The notes under the pieces were generated by a model. The model did not search any database. It was given only the letters and a program-made list of their open reading frames with translations, and was not told the origin of the DNA. Of a stretch of 39,568 nucleotides of DNA, positions 38,113 through 39,568 are shown piece by piece. The DNA lies in the NCBI GenBank assembly GCA_031549065.1, contig JAVBQM010000073.1:1-39568 (forward strand). Reading direction: 5' to 3'. The DNA is from Candidatus Gastranaerophilales bacterium (lineage in GTDB: Bacteria; Cyanobacteriota; Vampirovibrionia; Gastranaerophilales; Gastranaerophilaceae). The number at the start of each line of letters is the position of its first letter. The first letter of the stretch is position 1. The translations under genes were made by a program, and so were the position numbers.

Positions 38113-38253
38113 GGAAATAAGCCGCAAATCCTTTTATATACTGCATATATATAAAGTATGTAAAGTTATGTAACAAAATATATAAAGTTTGAAATCGGAC
38201 TTTTTATTTTTACTTTATATAGGAGTAAGCAGTACGAATAAGAGGTCAAAACA

Positions 38254-38796
38254 ATGAGTGTACATTTCGAAGGTATCAACCTAGACAAAGTAAATGACGA
38301 CAAAAGAAATTTCTTGCAAGCTAACGAACTTGGCATGAATACAATTGTTTCTCAAATGAAAACTGACGGCAGTCTTTTCGGAGAAAACTTGTCATTGACA
38401 GATAAAACCGCAGCAACTCGCGAAGTTGAAAAGCTTGAAGAAAAACAAGAAGAAATTCAAGCCAACATCAAAGCTTATGTAGAAAAAGAACAAGCAAAGC
38501 TTGAAAGAGAAATCGAACAAGCAAAAGCTAAAGCAAGAGCCGCATACGATAAAGACCGTCACGGTAATGACGAAGAAGCATTCGTTCAAAGCGAAGTTGC
38601 AAGAAATCAAAACTTGCAAAGAACAATTGAAGTTCCTGAAAAAATGCAATCTGAACTTAACACAAACAAAGAATTAACAAGAATGGCCAGAAACAAAGAA
38701 AATACCCAAATGGAAAACAAAGTTCTTCTTGGAAATATGATGGAAGCTTGTTTGGAAAAAGCTCCTGAAATCAAAAATATCGACATTAGTGCTTAA
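38254..38796 (+). CDS. Hypothetical acidic coiled-coil protein
   Basis: 180-aa ORF with an AGAGG SD. It has a long charged helix (EVEKLEEKQEEIQANIKAYVEKEQAKLEREIEQAKAKARAAY). A terminator follows it. Confidence 0.55.
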   Translation: MSVHFEGINLDKVNDDKRNFLQANELGMNTIVSQMKTDGSLFGENLSLTDKTAATREVEKLEEKQEEIQANIKAYVEKEQAKLEREIEQAKAKARAAYDKDRHGNDEEAFVQSEVARNQNLQRTIEVPEKMQSELNTNKELTRMARNKENTQMENKVLLGNMMEACLEKAPEIKNIDISA

Positions 38797-38818
38797 TAAG
38801 CAAAAAAATATCGAAAAT

Positions 38819-38845
38819 GGCGCCCGAAAAGGCGCCTTTTCATTT
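38819..38845 (+). terminator. Rho-independent terminator
   Basis: GGCGCC, loop CGAAAA, GGCGCC, followed by TTTTCATTT. Confidence 0.8.
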
Positions 38846-38914
38846 ATATATACGATGTCAATTACTCGAAATTGAACGAAAATATTGGTGTAATACGCTT
38901 GGGGATATCTGTCC

Positions 38915-39568
38915 ATGGCATACGAAACTGACGTAGATTCGTATAAGAAAATAGTCCGTTTATCAGATGATGAAATTACTGCCCTCTGGGAGCGGTATTT
39001 CCAAAATCGCGAAAACAAGGCCGTTCGCGATGAATTGATTATGCAATATATTTACCTCACGCGTTATGTAATAGGCCGTATTAAAGTTAATTTACCCCCG
39101 AGTTTTTCTTATGAAGATATTGCAAGTTATGGCATTGAAGGCTTGATTGACGCCATTGAAAAATATGCGCCCGGCAAAGGCGCAAAGTTTGAAACTTACG
39201 CCCTGATGAGAATTCGTGGCTCGATTATCGACAAAGTTCGAGCGCAAGACTTTTTGCCGCGTTCAATTCGTAAAAAAATTAAAGAAATTAAAAATGCAAC
39301 GGAAAAACTCAAGCAACAGCTCGGCCGTGCCCCTACAAGCGCTGAAGTGGCCCAAATATTAGGGATTGAAAAAGAAAAGGTTGAAGAGATTTTATCACAC
39401 GATACGGGAATCGATTCAATATATGATAAAAAAGGCAATTCGGAGGACGGAGCCGAGATTATCGACACCATTGCCGATGAGCGCACTCAAGCGCCGGATG
39501 AAGTGCTTGAAATGAAAGACTCTAAACATGAACTTGAAATTGCTCTTAAAAAGCTTCCCGAGCGAGAG
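38915..39568 (+). CDS. fliA: Flagellar-type alternative sigma factor (FliA/WhiG, sigma-28 family), 3'-truncated by the window edge
   Basis: My translation from the ATG at 38915 begins MAYETDVDSYKKIVRLSDDEITALWERYFQNRENKAVRDELIMQYIYLTRYVIGRI. Region 2 follows: YGIEGLIDAIEKYAPGKGAKFETYALMRIRGSIIDKVRAQDFLPRS. The frame stays open to the end of the window. Confidence 0.8.
   Translation, partial: MAYETDVDSYKKIVRLSDDEITALWERYFQNRENKAVRDELIMQYIYLTRYVIGRIKVNLPPSFSYEDIASYGIEGLIDAIEKYAPGKGAKFETYALMRIRGSIIDKVRAQDFLPRSIRKKIKEIKNATEKLKQQLGRAPTSAEVAQILGIEKEKVEEILSHDTGIDSIYDKKGNSEDGAEIIDTIADERTQAPDEVLEMKDSKHELEIALKKLPERE

Noticed and set aside
38183-38209. Sigma-28 promoter upstream of ORF 38254 (exact TAAAGTTT -35-like element at 38183-38190)
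   Set aside because: The sequence at the expected -10 position, 11 nt downstream, is TTTTATTT. It bears no resemblance to GCCGATAA, so this is probably a chance match in AT-rich DNA.

Overview
This is a compact bacterial chromosomal segment of roughly 40% GC, judged by eye. Most of it is housekeeping operons, many translationally coupled through overlapping stop and start codons.

Recognisable genes:
- Replication and nucleotides: rarA, a short ssb, ndk
- Lipid and biotin: an acyl-CoA/ACP synthetase, efp-accB-accC, bioG-bioC
- Signalling: a GAF-GGDEF-HD-GYP gene interrupted by an in-frame stop
- Sugar acid use: a DUF1537 sugar-acid kinase paired with a PdxA-family dehydrogenase
- tRNA and RNA processing: a CCA/poly(A) nucleotidyltransferase, tgt, miaA, RNase P RNA (rnpB)
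- Arginine: a six-gene unit of two thymidylate-kinase-like paralogues followed by argD-argG-argH-argF
- Translation: a tRNA-Thr/tRNA-Thr/tRNA-Tyr cluster followed by tuf
- Transport: a MATE exporter
- Flagellar regulation: a fliW-csrA operon and a 3'-truncated fliA

No CRISPR array, transposase or integrase is visible.

Stretches most worth follow-up:
1. A soluble, membrane-less FlhA/SctV-type cytoplasmic domain fused to a DUF4177-like head and a coiled coil (34453-35910). It sits in a block of orphan genes leading to fliA.
2. An orphan ribbon-helix-helix gene followed by a U-poor RNA of about 190 nt that carries at least 10 GAGA cores, some in hairpin loops. A strong intrinsic terminator closes it (24570-24988).
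3. The tandem Tmk-like pair welded to the arg operon.
4. A recurrent '-10 box, 6-7 nt, ATG' arrangement with no Shine-Dalgarno, suggesting leaderless mRNAs. It includes a face-to-face pair at 252-271.

Lineage cannot be established from this window. The tail-less short SSB, the flagellar regulators and the low GC fit an uncultured non-photosynthetic cyanobacteria-related or similar lineage, but that is a guess.
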